A DNA stretch of 64,000 nt from Elsinoe ampelina (lineage: Eukaryota). Positions 10,583-23,201 of this stretch are shown here, piece by piece. The notes beneath the pieces were generated by a model. That model saw only the letters and a list, made by a program, of their open reading frames with translations, did not search any database and had not been told where the DNA came from. The stretch lies in NCBI GenBank assembly GCA_010093995.1, contig ML992506.1, forward strand, positions 430,832-494,831, in the 5' to 3' direction. The translations under genes were made by a program, and so were the position numbers. The number at the start of each line of letters is the position of its first letter. The first letter of the stretch is position 1.

Positions 10583-11820
10583 CTACTCACGTTGCCCCTT
10601 CTCTTCATCCACTCCATGGCCGGACATCTCCGACTCCATCAGCACCTGGCTAATCGATGGTATCGACATCTGCGAGACCAGCCTCCTTGTGTAGCATAAT
10701 TTCGGAACCTGGATATGCACACTCTCCACATCATCATCATCGTCCTCCCCCTCCTCTTCCGCCCTCGTGCTCAACGTGATATTAGGCAAAATCCCAATCC
10801 CGACCATCGCCCTACTATCAAACCGCAATGACTTCGTAGTCTCCGTCCCCTTCTCCGTAGCCAACAAATCCGCATCAGGATACACACTCGGCCGCCTCGG
10901 GGGCGACACCACCCCAGTCTCAATCCTCGACGGCCTACAAGTCACCCCGTCCCAAATCAACTTGAACAACGGCCTCAACGTCGCCATCGAAATCGCCAAT
11001 ATCGCCACCGTAGTCTCGACCAACGACAGCATAAACGACTTCGGGATCCGCTCGAAAAACATGGGCGTGAACGACAACTGCCCGAAATACGGCAACCGCA
11101 CGACGGACACGGCACTCCCCACCACCGCCAACCCAATCACGCACCCGGCTGAAACCCTCGACGCCCGGCTCAGCCCCTTGGCGGCGTGCAGCATCTGCAA
11201 CGGCACCACGGCGAAGATCCAATCGCAGAGACAATTGATCGACGCCACCGCGAAACCAAGCTTGATGATGGACGCGGAGCCGACGGCGCAGGCCTGATCG
11301 CTGAGAATGCGAGACGAGTCCAAGGGGAGGCGGCAGCGGAAGATGATGAGGTTGGCACCGACGGTGAGGGTGAGGACGTAGGCGCATACTGGGCCGATGA
11401 CGAGGATGCGTTGCCATGGGTAGAGGGCGATTTTGAAGAAGAAGCCTGCGATGACGATCTTGACGAGCGCGCCGGAGAGGACGTAGAAGGAGAAGGCGAT
11501 GAGGTAGGGCTGGGGGTGTTAGTGGTTGGGATGCTAAGGGGGGAGGTACGTACTGTAGCCCAGTCGTGGAAGAGGGCGGGGGACCGGGGGATGTAGTTGA
11601 TTTCATGCGTTTGGATGACTAGCCATATGATGGATGCTGTGCAGTTGATTAGGTGGCTGAGGATGAGGAGGATGTCGGTTTTGCCAAAATTTCTGGTGAT
11701 GCTTGAGCGGACCCAGATGCGAAGGCCGACGGCTATGGTGGTGATGAATTGGAGGACTGTGAGGATGACGAAGTAGGTGACGAAGTTCTCTCGATTCGCT
11801 TGCCATTCAACATATTGCAT
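10583..11820 (-). CDS. PTH11-like (fungal rhodopsin-domain) integral membrane protein, paralog 1
   Basis: AVGLRIWVR..FGKTD, intron 11553-11510, then KIVIAGFF..FRC, CDWIFAVVP, SVVRLPY and VETTVAILAISMATLRPL. About 7 hydrophobic segments. Confidence 0.85.
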
Positions 11821-12578
11821 GCTGGTGCTTGAGGCGGGGATGTGGTCGTGGCTTCCAGTGTCGTGAAGTACACAGAGCATCCACCAGCCAGGTACTCTCG
11901 TCGGAGACGTGGCGACTCTGTCTCAGGCTTGCTCGGGCGTGTCCAGAATGTGTCGAACGACGGGTTGGGCCTGGTTGTTTATAGGCGCCGTTAGGATCGT
12001 TGAAGCGGGACTATCGACAAGTTGGGGTTTCCAATTGCTCGTATATCTGACAGCATCGTCGTTGCACAACGGGCGTCATATGCGAAATTATTATCTGCGG
12101 TCGACCAGTTGTATCGCTACATTTCTACGATTCCAGAGAGTGGGATGGTCCGTGGGTATCGTTGGAAGACTCGACATAGGCCAAGACGATTCTTCCTGGA
12201 GAAGGCTGTGAAAGTGGTTCGTGGTCGAGACTCTGAGACCATGACAATGCTCACCGTTGACAAGATTCTGTTGAAGACTACAGTCTGGTCTCGACCAATT
12301 AGTGAATGTTGGGTGCACTCCGTGGAGGACGTTGCAAGAAGTGGTGTAGCATAATCATCTGTTCAGCAGCGTGATCCGCAAGATCTATCGACAATTTGGC
12401 CTTTGAGTGGGTCCAAGATTGTAGTGATACCAAGGCAGCCAGTCCCTTGACTTGTACAGTCACGATGACCATAGTCGCCGGGACAGAGGGCGACATAGTC
12501 ATCTTGCAAGCAAATTCGTAGCCCATGATACCAATTATTCTCCGTCCTCAATTCCCATGATACATAAATCATAAGTAC

Positions 12579-13754
12579 TTATTTCCGGCCTCGTTCATCC
12601 GCGCTGTAGAGTATCTCGGTGATGGTCGTCGTTCCCTTCATCATGTTCGTCGACCTTTGCGGAGCCTGTCTGGACAACTCCACTACGCTGCTATCATTCC
12701 GCTCGTCATGAAAAGACCCCATCCGAAGCGTGCTCGACATGGAGTTTGGAAGGACGCCGATGCCTCCCAGGACCTGTGAGTCGATCTGTACAGACTTGAT
12801 TCTAGAAGGATTGCCAGACTTATCGCTGCGTTGTTGATCTGCTGATGTGACAATCGGAGACGCCGAGCGAGGGGACGAAGATCCTATGCAGAGGACTCGG
12901 AGCAATGGCTTTAGGCAAGCTAGAGATATGGCAGTGATACCGACTGCAGTCTCGATAGTAGAGAGTATGAATGCGGGTGCGCTGTTTTCGAAGGTATTCG
13001 GGCCGAGGGTGCTACCACGAATGAAGGGTATCTTAATGATCGAGACTATAGTCCCGATATTAGCGACACCAACCACCATGTAAGCAGATGTTTTGCTGAA
13101 TCGACTCATCGATCTCGCTTTCCGCAAAAGCTGTATAGGTAAAATCGAAAATGTGAGATCGCAGACACTGCAAAGTGTAGCCATCATGTACCCAAGAGGC
13201 TCAATGACTCGAGAACCGATTGGACATGTCTCGTCTCGAAGGATCTTAATCGCCATGAGCGGTAGCCCGCATCGGAATAGAATGACGGTCATGGAAATTG
13301 ACAGGGCGCTGATATAGATTCCAAGCGGTGTCAGGACAATCCAGCGGTCAAGACGCCGCCGGGCCATCCGTAAGAAGAACATGGCGATAGCGATCTTGCT
13401 GAGTATGCCAGCTGTGACATACAGACTGATACCGATCCATGAACGCTGGAGCGAGTAAGCCGACATGACGAAACGATGAATGATTGCTCTTACAGCTATC
13501 AATGCTTGGAAAAGTTCTAAAGATCCAGGTGGGTATTTAGTCGATTTGACCCGGCTGTCAAGCCAGATGATGTTTGCCACAGTGTTGAACGTGTGGGCGA
13601 CAATGAGCATAGTGTCGTCCTTTGCGAACGTCCTTGTCAGCTTCCGCCGTACATAGATGCGTGCTGAAAGCGCCAATGTCGTAATGATCTGAAGGACGAC
13701 CGAAACGGAGGTATAGACGGCAAAGTGCGCATTCTTCCCTCTCAACTCGCTCAT
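12579..13754 (-). CDS. PTH11-like (fungal rhodopsin-domain) integral membrane protein, paralog 2
   Basis: ALSARIYVR..FAKDD, probable in-frame 48-nt intron 13493-13446, then KIAIAMFFLR, CDLTFSILP and IETAVGITAISLACLKPL. Confidence 0.85.
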   Translation of the reverse strand: MSELRGKNAHFAVYTSVSVVLQIITTLALSARIYVRRKLTRTFAKDDTMLIVAHTFNTVANIIWLDSRVKSTKYPPGSLELFQALIAVRAIIHRFVMSAYSLQRSWIGISLYVTAGILSKIAIAMFFLRMARRRLDRWIVLTPLGIYISALSISMTVILFRCGLPLMAIKILRDETCPIGSRVIEPLGYMMATLCSVCDLTFSILPIQLLRKARSMSRFSKTSAYMVVGVANIGTIVSIIKIPFIRGSTLGPNTFENSAPAFILSTIETAVGITAISLACLKPLLRVLCIGSSSPRSASPIVTSADQQRSDKSGNPSRIKSVQIDSQVLGGIGVLPNSMSSTLRMGSFHDERNDSSVVELSRQAPQRSTNMMKGTTTITEILYSADERGRK

Positions 13755-14427
13755 GGTCGGCGAGTCCACCGACTTATCTGCGGTGCTGGCTGTTGCTTTG
13801 CGGTGTCATTGCTGTCGCATCTTGTCTTCTCAAGTCATCTCAAGCCATTGTCGGCCTCGTAGATGGGATGTTTCAAATTGTTGTCATCACGGATGCCGGT
13901 AATAAGGATAGGCTTGCATGATGTGGAGCCGTTGGGCTTTACTTCCACAAACCAACATGGTGGCCACAACGGTGTTGTAACGCTGAGAGGATCGTTACGT
14001 ATTTCGTATTGAAGTTTGATCGAGGGCCCTGTCGCTTGATTAGTGGATTTGTCAGGCGCAGTCGTGGTTCGTGGTCCTTTCGGAAGAGTGGATATTCCGT
14101 TATAGTTCTTGAATGCAAGAAGTCGACACGACTGACCTCCCCAACAGTATGTACTTCTGTTGAAACAACCCTTTGGTTGCGGGCGCACACAGATGTGGCC
14201 GCCACATATCGGCCGATCATATACTAAGCAGAGTCTTGCGGAAATGGCAAATTCTGTCGACATACGAGATTATCATTGATGTAAAGACGTGGCGGTAAGG
14301 GGTATCTGGCCAACGCTGGACTATCCAAAAGGGCTGCAAACACCAAAACGCCAGTCCGTGTCCTTCATTAGTAGGCTATACTCTCGCTCAATGCTAGCCC
14401 GGCGTGGATCATCCGGTCCAAGCTGTT

Positions 14428-16936
14428 CTAACGTTCGCTCAAGCTCTGCCTCAGTTCCTCCTCGTTCAATATCTGCATAATCGGCTCCCTCGAGATCGTC
14501 GTCTTCGTCAATTGAAGTGTCGGGCGTTGTCTGTTGGACGGATGGTCAGCCAGGAAGCCCAGTATGGCGCCCGGCTGATTTATCCCGGGCGGCCGGATTC
14601 TCACTTGATTCCGTACCTCTTGGAGTTTGGCCGATGCTGTAGGCTCGGGCGCACTCGAATTTCTAGCAGGGTTCAGTGGGCTTGGATTGTGTGGTGATGA
14701 CGCCCATCGACCAAACATCCATCCACTGACCCGCTTTCCTAGACCAGTGGCAGGAGACTGTGCACTTCCTGCCCGCTGTTCCATGTCTGCCAGGAGAGTA
14801 TGGCTGGACTTTGAATTTAGTGATGGTCGGTCTGCTTGAGCTATTGTCGAGCTGATGGTCGCTTCTGCAGAGAACGATCGTGGAGCATGCCCAGTGAGCA
14901 TCTGCGAGGGTCGTGATTTGAGTGTGTGAATATCCATGCCAGACACCGACAGCAATGATTCGTGCGAAGCTGCCCGATGCAGTGAGTGTGACTGATATTC
15001 CATTGTAGTATCTGACGGCAAATCGTCGTCAGTAAACGACATGGGTCGGCCGACTCTCATTCGTAAAGGTCGTACTCTTGGGACAGGTTGCGTAAAGTCC
15101 ACAAGAGAATGTTCTGGGTCCTCTTCGTCATCTTCTTCCAGTGCCTTGTTTGACGTCGGGCTGTCAACTCGCGTGGCCTTCGAACCGTCTGGAGAACTGG
15201 CATCCTTGGTAGAGACGTTGTGTATACCCAGGGTGTTGACAGTGTCCTCTTGAATCGTCTCATCTAGAGGCTGGAAGAAGCTGCTTAAACCTCGTTTCGA
15301 AGGGAAGGCCATGAAATATGGTGAATCGCCAGCTTCTGTGCCGGGCGTTGTTGGCCGCGACGAATCCATCTCTGCATCGCTGAAGGGTCGATCAAACAGA
15401 GATGGACTCCGATAAGAACGAGGTGAGCTTGGTACTGATGACTGCGCCGCCATGGAATAAACGGACCATCGGTGACTTTGTGGTTGACCACTGGATGGTG
15501 TAATTGTGGTTGCCGGCGTCGGGAAGCCGGCTGTCGAGATTGACAAGTTTGAAGGCGTGCGATGGCCTGATGATGGCGTGAAATTCCCGAACGAGATCCC
15601 TTGTCGTCTTCGCTTCGGTCTGCGTATATTCTGACTGTTCCGCCGAGCTGGATCCGGTTTTGAAGCTGGTGCATGATAATGGTGGTGTACGTGAACCTCT
15701 TGAGCCGTCGACGATCGCGACATCTCCTGGCTCAACGGCGCAGGAGGCTTGCCATCCGTCGGTAACGTAGCGTGTGGATCCGGTGATGGCAGGTGCTCGA
15801 GTAATTGATCCCTCAGCAGCTCGACCTCCCCGTTTGCGTTTGTGAGAAGTTCTCTTAGCTCCACAACATTCAGCTGAAGGTTGGCGTTGTCTTGTAGAAT
15901 GTCTTTGACAAAGTGTGACACCACACCAGTGTTCCCATGCTCGTTGCTACTCTGCCCTGCTGCAGCACTTTTTAATCGACCTGCAGCTGTGTCCAACTCC
16001 TTCTCCACCACTCTCCGACGCTCCAATCGACCAATGATCTCGACATGGTGTTCTCGCTCTGCTCTAGCTTCTTGCTCTATCGCTTCTATGCGATCCTCGA
16101 AATTGGCGAGTTGTCTTTCCGCATGCTGCCATCTTAGATTGGCAGCACGCTCTTGCTCTGTCTTTGTCGCTAGTGATGATTGGAGTTTGGTTTGCTCGAG
16201 TTCGAACAGTTCCAGCTCCCTCTCGAGTGATTGTGTCCGTCGTGATAAGGTGTTTAGTCGGTGTATTTCTTGTTGAGCCGTCTGGAGAGTAGCAGTGAGC
16301 GACTTGACGTGTGAGTCCGAGTCAGTAACAGCATTGTTGGCAGACTCGAGCTGCTCCAACAACTCTCTGTTTTCGTCGATGACAGCATTGTTTTGATTTT
16401 GAAGCGCATCCCTGTCTTGAGCGAGACGATCAATCTCCTCCCTCATGTGCTTTCGTTCCGCTTCGGCCTCGGCGACATATGTTTCGTGTCTGACCAGAAG
16501 CGCCTGGAGAGACCATGTCAGCGACATGGTGGATTGTTAGGTCGACGACAAGGTGAATCGGTGACAGAGAGCATCGGAAACCCCAAAGTCTGGAGAAGGC
16601 AGATCATTGAGTATAACAACAATGATCCATATCGATATGTAAGATCACGAACGATGTTCGTAAAGGTGATATCAGAAATGAGTGCAACGGTTGTACCATG
16701 CGCGGAGGGAACAGGAAGTAAAAGTAATGGCGACGTACCTGACCGAGTCTGCCGGCCGTGCGAAGACTCTCATCCAATCGATCAAATGCAGCTTGGGTTT
16801 CCCTAAGGAATGTGCAAGCCACGTTACCGCAACAGCATTGTGGTTCATGCAGTTGCGGAATGTAGTCGGCGAGGGTATCCTCTTCGCAGGCGGGCTGGCC
16901 GGTATCCGGCTGCAATGTACCACCGTTATCCGCCAT
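14428..16936 (-). CDS. Hypothetical coiled-coil protein with an N-terminal CCCGxxxC motif
   Basis: Exon 1 (16936-16739; CCCGNVACTFL..TAGRLGQ) splices via GTACGT..CAG (16738-16504) to ALLVRHETY. Long heptad-rich region followed by an S/P-rich disordered tail. Confidence 0.75.
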
Positions 16937-18170
16937 GTTGGTAACGATAAGATGAATATGACTTGTCCGCTACCGTACCAAGCATCACTGGGTGATTACG
17001 AGGAACGGCCTGAGCGAGGAAGGCTCACATGACAATTGAGGAGAAGAGGCGAGGTTCGAGGTTGTTTGTGTTGCAAATGTGGGGGGGAAAACAGCGGCGG
17101 TCGGCTGGGATCTCTGACATGTCGTGCCTTGACAGGCCGAGCTGCAGCTTTCAAGGTTTGTGTTTGCCAAGCAAGACGTAATTCTGCGCCATGTGACTGC
17201 AGTGTCTACGCCAATTCGGTCGGCGCTTGGACGGAAGAAGAAGACGCCTGGACCTCTTTGCTTCCTGCGAACCGAGGACGTTTTGTTTGTTGATGCCTCT
17301 TACACTTTTTTAACCTCATGAACTTGCCTGAAAAGATGTCGAGCTCATTTATCTTGATCCGATTCAGACCAAGAATAGTTCTGGTTCGGTAAAAGTAGCT
17401 CTGGACCCTCGGCCACCATTGGCATCTGGTTCTGTAGGGGTCGATGCCTGTGAGTGATCATTGGGTCTCCGAAATCAGGCGATCGCAATCACCGAACAAG
17501 TTCCCGGACCCCAGAAAGATCTTCTGGAATTTAGAGCGCGTGAAGAGCAATATCAGAACGCGTGTGACTGCGATGGCTCTTCGCGAGCGAAATATTCAAG
17601 CTTTTGTATGAATAGTCATTGGAAGAGGGATGAACGTGCTTGGAAGGAGTAACTTAGCTCTCGTAGCAAGCGTGAGAAACTTGCCTGCGGTGTATCCACG
17701 ATATCACCTTACATCAAAGAGGTTTTGGCGATCTTCTGGAAACATTACCTGGCATTGTACGCACATGCGCATTCATAAGGTGAGAAGGATGGCCATGGCC
17801 ATATACCTCGTTGTTGACAGATAGAGGAGGTAAGTTATGGACCTCGATGGAGCAAATTCTGGTGACTGTGCGGCTCTGCGGTTGCAGCCGACATCTGCAT
17901 CCCGTAGGGCTGATGCCGGCTGATCGCCACCACTGCCTGTCACCCTTCACGCCCTTGCATCACGGACTGCTGACTGATTCGCTCGCTTCTTTGACCCCTC
18001 TCGCTCTTTCTCTGCATTCGCCAGGCTGTAGCAGTGTGGAGGGGACCGGGTTTTGATGAGTCACTCGTCGACAGGAGAAGTGATCCGCAATCTTCAAAAG
18101 TCACTTCTGGAATAATACTCGTCGATGAAGCCGACTCATTGTACTCGTCAATCGGGAAAGTTGGGGCATC

Positions 18171-21100
18171 ATGGGCGTCCGGAGTGTTCAATCTCGAGTG
18201 GTGGAACTTGTCAAGCCATTCATTGAGGAGCATGCCCCGGAAGATCATCTCTTGACCGAAGTGTATTCTGGATACTCGCTCTTTCTCAGCACAGTATGTC
18301 TGGTTGGGTTGACAGTCCAGGCCGCAACAATACGCTTCTCTACAGACTTGGCACCTATCCTGGCAGTATGGGTAGCTTTATTCCTCCTGATAGTCTTGTT
18401 ACGACCACGCACTGCTTCATTGCCTATTGTCCTTGCCGCGGCCGCCATTTTCATCCTCCAGGTCATATTTGCATACATCAAACGCCAGGACCATATCGTC
18501 ATACCATATGGCATACTGTACAGTCTCTCATCGCTATGCTCTTTCACACTTCTGGTAGCGCTGCTGCAAATGCCTATGCGTGAGCCACGACTCTCCAGAA
18601 AAGGCATTAGTCGACCATTCACGGGGGCTACCGAGACTTTGAGATCGCCAGAAGACGACCTCACACTTTGGCAGTGGATGACAGTATCTTGGATGTCCCC
18701 GCTCATCGACATTGGTAATCTTCGCCAACTTCAGCCGGCAGATGTCTGGCGGCTGCCATACGAATTTCAACACCAGCACCTCCATCATGCATTTCGAAAC
18801 CTTACAGGGACCGTTGTGCAAAGACTGATACGTGCCAACTGGATCGATCTTGTCATCCTAACCTCTCTTGCTTTGGTTGAAACAGCCGCCACCTATTCAG
18901 CACCTCTTCTACTCCAACAACTCCTCAAAGCTATGGAGAGAATATCTTCCGTCAAAAGCCCTGCGTTGTTTTACGCAGTGCTAACTCTGATCGTTCGCTA
19001 CGTTGTTACGCAGAGTAGTATCTTCACGCTGTGGTATTCCCGACGATGCTATGAGAGGTCGAGGGGAGAGATGATAACGATGATCTTCGAGAAGACACTA
19101 CAGAGAAAGATCGTAGGCGGTGTTCAAGAAAAGGACGAAGAGAACAATACGAGTCCGAAGCTGCCAGAAACCCCTGTCGTGGCTCGAGATCCACCGACAG
19201 AAGGAGATCAAATGGATGCAGAGGAGAACACTGCATTGCTCGATGCAGGCTCCAAGAAAGCCCCCGATTTCTGGCGGAAACTTTTCCGATCATTCGCCAG
19301 ACTACGAAAGGCGATACCCTTCACACGGCAGAAAATGGAGATCCAAGACAAGACTGGACCAGCTTCTATGGGCAAGATTTTGAACATGATGCGCAATGAT
19401 GTCTATGAGGTCGCTCAACGCTTTTGGGAATTCCCTACGTTGATAGTGCTCCCCATCGGCTCCATACTGTCCTTCGCTTTGGTCTGGCGGTTGATCGGAT
19501 GGCCATGCCTGTTCGGCGTGGCAACAGTCATTCTCGCTCAAGTCCTGAATGCGCTTCTGGCCAAAGCACTCGTGAGCTGGGAAACGGTCCGACGCAAGGC
19601 CACAGATACAAAGCTCCAACAAATATCACAATACATCGAAGCCATTCGGCATCTGCGGTACTATGCTTGGCAATCAAAATGGTTAGACGGCATCATGACT
19701 GCTCGACAAAAGGAGCTGAACCTCAAAATCATCACCGGCTTATGGAATACTCTCATCATTTTCATCAACATTATGGCAAGCGGCATGCTCCCACTTACTG
19801 CTTTCTGGGCATACACAACCCTAAAGGGAGATCATCTGACGGTCGATATCGCCTTTCCTGCGCTGCAACTGTTTGGACTTCTGCAAAGCAATCTCAGGGA
19901 AATACCTCGCTTGATCACAGTACTTCTCAACGCTTACGTGGCTGTCGGCCGAATCGAGGATTACATGAAAGAGCCTGACAAGGATGAAACGGAGAGTGAA
20001 AATCAAAGGTTTGGCGAGGAATTGGAGATTAAGCATGGTTCATTTGCCTGGCCAGGAACCTCCAAGCCAGTCCTCAAAGACGTCAACCTCACCTTTCCAA
20101 GCGGACTCACGGTCATCTATGGGCAGGTGGCTGCAGGTAAATCAGCTCTACTTCAAGCTCTGCTCGGAGAGCTTGACCTACATTCCGGCGAGCTCATCCG
20201 GCCGTCCTCTTCTGTCGCTTATTGCTCGCAAACACCATGGCTGCAGAGTATGACCATCAGAGATAACATTCTCTTCGGACAACCGTATGATGAGGCAAGG
20301 TATAAGCAAACATTACAAGCGTGCGCGCTGGTTCCCGATCTTGCTTCCTTTCAACACGGAGATCTCTCCCCTATTGGCGAGAACGGTATTGGTCTTTCCG
20401 GTGGTCAGAAGATGCGAACTGCCCTAGCCAGAGCCATGTACTCGAGAGCCGACACTCTCTTACTCGACGATCCGCTCAGTGCTCTTGATCAACAGACGGC
20501 TGAGCACGTTGTACAGCACTGCTTCCGCGGGAGTCTCGCCAAAGGGCGGACGTTGATACTGGTAACTCACCGGGTCGATCTTTGCATGGATATTTCTGAG
20601 CAAGTTGTTGAGGTCTTGGAGGGAACGGTGCAGGTTCAAGAAGGCCGAAAGACATCGCTTCCTTCGTATGCTTTATCGCCAACCGTCAGCCGTCAGGAAA
20701 CGACTCAAAATGAAGACGATAAACGGGACGAAGGCGCAGCTGTGCCAGAGAAATTCGAGGAAGAAGAGAACAGAGTACATGGAGGCGTCCAGGCCAGGGT
20801 ATACTGGGAGTACGTCAAAGCTGGTCGTCTTAGATGGTGGACACTAGTCTTTCTATCTGCCGCAGGCTGCCGTCTGGTCATATTCGGTCAGAGTTGGTTC
20901 CTCAAAGAATGGTCGGAAGTCTACAAGGATACCGTCTTACGTCTCTTGGTAGTACAGGATCAAGTGGGCACGTTCGAAAACTCAACAACACCGATCAGTC
21001 GACTTTTCGATGGCTTTCCGGATCCTGGGAAGAAACCTGGTCCATGGCTACTCGGCTTCTTGGTTCTAGTTCTGCTCGATGCTTTCCTGTACCTAATCGC

Positions 21101-22562
21101 CATGGTCTTCTCCATTGTGCTTACCTATACATCCGGCAAGCGAATGTTCAAGAGCATCATGACCAAAGTCAGCGGCGCGACCTTCAGATTCTACGACGTC
21201 ACTCCTGTGGGACGACTAATGAACAGATTGACGTCTGACATGGGCACAATAGATGGAGGTATCTCGGATGTGTTTCTCCAGTGCCTATGGCACACAGTGT
21301 CCTGGACCTCATCCGTCACGATCATCGCTTTCGTGACTCCAGTATTCCTCTTTGCCGTGATAGCACTCACCTTGTCGTACGTACTCATATTCCTGCGCTT
21401 CATAGCGACGTCGCAGAGCTTGCGGCGACTCGAGATGGTCTCGCTCAGTCCTCTGATGTCGAACTTTGGAGCTCTATTGGAGGGGCTCATGACAGTCCGA
21501 GCATTCTGCGCACAAAAGCAATTTCAGGATCGCATCATCGTCACCACCGATGCATTCCAACAGATGGATCACTTCTACTGGAGTCTTCAGGCATGGCTGA
21601 CATTCCGATTTGACCTCCTCTCCGCGTTCTCAACCCTGGTACTCACGCTCATTGCCATCTACTCCGGCCTATCTCCTGGCTTGACCGCTTTCGTCTTGAT
21701 TGCAGCCGGCAAATTTGTTCAAGCCACGCATGCTCTTTGTAGACAGTACGGCCGACTTCAATTGGACTTTGTAGCCGTCGAGCGTGTGGTCGAGCTCATG
21801 CACCTCGATCAAGAGCCGGCGGGGTCTCTCTCACCTCCCGCATCTTGGCCGAGCACATCCGACGACATTGTCTTTGAGAATGTCTCCATACGCTACGCAC
21901 CACATCTTGAGCCGGCATTGGATAGCATATCTCTCACCATTCCGGGCGGCTCTTCAACCGCTGTGATTGGCCGCACGGGGTCTGGCAAGTCAACGTTTGC
22001 CCTTGCACTACTGGCTACCACCACTCCGTCTTCAGGACGTATTCTCATTGGTGGTGTGGATACCAGCAAGGTCGAGAAGCACGCTTTGCGCAGTCGCATC
22101 ACCTTCCTCGCACAGGACCCGGTACTCTTCCCTGGTTCGCTGAGGCACAACCTTGACCCGGTCGAAGCTCACACAGACGAGGAATGCGCAGCCGTACTGG
22201 AGCGGGTCTGTGGTAGCTACGGCTTCACCTTGGAAACCGAGATCGATACAGGCGGGAAGAATCTCAGTCAAGGACAGAGACAGCTCGTCGGGCTCGCGAG
22301 GGCCATTCTGAGAAGGAGCAGTATCGTCATCATGGACGAAGCCACAGCGAGTATCGACGCAAAGACGGCATGGGAGATCCAGCGTGTGTTGAGAGAAGAG
22401 CTGGTAGGCAGCACGGTAGTCACGATCGCGCACAGACCCGGCGCCGTCAGAGGAGCCGAAAGGTGCCTGAGACTCGCGAATGGAAAAGTAGAAGCATACG
22501 GCACAGTGGACGAAGTCATGAGCGAAGACACACAAGGAGAAGGGAACGAGGGTGAAATCTAA
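18171..22562 (+). CDS. Full-length ABC transporter, ABCC/MRP subfamily (TMD-NBD-TMD-NBD); 5' end uncertain
   Basis: 1463-aa ORF. NBD1: GQVAAGKS, LSGGQ, LLLDDPLSALD. NBD2: GRTGSGKS, NLSQGQRQL, IMDEATAS. Also FYDVTPVGRLMNR. Confidence 0.93.
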   Translation: MGVRSVQSRVVELVKPFIEEHAPEDHLLTEVYSGYSLFLSTVCLVGLTVQAATIRFSTDLAPILAVWVALFLLIVLLRPRTASLPIVLAAAAIFILQVIFAYIKRQDHIVIPYGILYSLSSLCSFTLLVALLQMPMREPRLSRKGISRPFTGATETLRSPEDDLTLWQWMTVSWMSPLIDIGNLRQLQPADVWRLPYEFQHQHLHHAFRNLTGTVVQRLIRANWIDLVILTSLALVETAATYSAPLLLQQLLKAMERISSVKSPALFYAVLTLIVRYVVTQSSIFTLWYSRRCYERSRGEMITMIFEKTLQRKIVGGVQEKDEENNTSPKLPETPVVARDPPTEGDQMDAEENTALLDAGSKKAPDFWRKLFRSFARLRKAIPFTRQKMEIQDKTGPASMGKILNMMRNDVYEVAQRFWEFPTLIVLPIGSILSFALVWRLIGWPCLFGVATVILAQVLNALLAKALVSWETVRRKATDTKLQQISQYIEAIRHLRYYAWQSKWLDGIMTARQKELNLKIITGLWNTLIIFINIMASGMLPLTAFWAYTTLKGDHLTVDIAFPALQLFGLLQSNLREIPRLITVLLNAYVAVGRIEDYMKEPDKDETESENQRFGEELEIKHGSFAWPGTSKPVLKDVNLTFPSGLTVIYGQVAAGKSALLQALLGELDLHSGELIRPSSSVAYCSQTPWLQSMTIRDNILFGQPYDEARYKQTLQACALVPDLASFQHGDLSPIGENGIGLSGGQKMRTALARAMYSRADTLLLDDPLSALDQQTAEHVVQHCFRGSLAKGRTLILVTHRVDLCMDISEQVVEVLEGTVQVQEGRKTSLPSYALSPTVSRQETTQNEDDKRDEGAAVPEKFEEEENRVHGGVQARVYWEYVKAGRLRWWTLVFLSAAGCRLVIFGQSWFLKEWSEVYKDTVLRLLVVQDQVGTFENSTTPISRLFDGFPDPGKKPGPWLLGFLVLVLLDAFLYLIAMVFSIVLTYTSGKRMFKSIMTKVSGATFRFYDVTPVGRLMNRLTSDMGTIDGGISDVFLQCLWHTVSWTSSVTIIAFVTPVFLFAVIALTLSYVLIFLRFIATSQSLRRLEMVSLSPLMSNFGALLEGLMTVRAFCAQKQFQDRIIVTTDAFQQMDHFYWSLQAWLTFRFDLLSAFSTLVLTLIAIYSGLSPGLTAFVLIAAGKFVQATHALCRQYGRLQLDFVAVERVVELMHLDQEPAGSLSPPASWPSTSDDIVFENVSIRYAPHLEPALDSISLTIPGGSSTAVIGRTGSGKSTFALALLATTTPSSGRILIGGVDTSKVEKHALRSRITFLAQDPVLFPGSLRHNLDPVEAHTDEECAAVLERVCGSYGFTLETEIDTGGKNLSQGQRQLVGLARAILRRSSIVIMDEATASIDAKTAWEIQRVLREELVGSTVVTIAHRPGAVRGAERCLRLANGKVEAYGTVDEVMSEDTQGEGNEGEI

Positions 22563-22638
22563 TGTCTCCCACAGCCTGTGTCACAACAGACCTGTCCATA
22601 GCCTTCCCTATCCAGCATCAAATAGACACCCCTCCTCC

Positions 22639-23201
22639 TCAACCCCCCTTCTCCCCTCCCTCATCCAACCACCTCACCACCTCCCCCGCGCTCTTATCCG
22701 GCGGAAAAACGGGATACCAAACCCTCACCACCCTCCCCTCCCTGACCGCAAGCGTCATCCTCTTAATCAACCTCCGCCCCCCAAACTCAAACGTCGGCAA
22801 CCCCAACGCCCGCGCAAACTCCAGCTTCTCATCACTCAGCAACTCATACGGCAGCCCCAACCTCCCCTTCGCTTCCCTTTGGTACTCACTCCCCTGCGTA
22901 CTCAACCCATACACGTCTTCCACGCCCTTGCTCTTCAGCTCCTGATACGAATCCCGGAACGAGCACGCTTGCGGTGTGCAGCCCCTCGCGCCGGGGATGG
23001 CGTTCCACGAGTCAGGGATGGTTTCGCCGGGGGCGCCGGTGCGGGGGTAGATGAAGATGATGGTCAAGGGGATGAGGGTGGAGGGGTCGAGGGTTGTGGA
23101 GGCGGTGGTGGGGAGGGGGAGGGAAGGGAGGAGGGCGCCGGGGAGGTGCGAGGTGGCGCCGTCGTCGTGGGGGGTGGGGATGGATGCGGGGATGGAGGTG
23201 T
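22639..23201 (-). CDS. Peroxiredoxin/redoxin (AhpC-TSA, BCP-like); 5' exon(s) unresolved
   Basis: DDGATSHLPG..FIYPRTG..ARGCTPQACSFRD..YGLSTQ..LPYELLSD..KRMTL..YPVFPPD. An in-frame stop at 23229 means an upstream intron is required. Confidence 0.82.
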
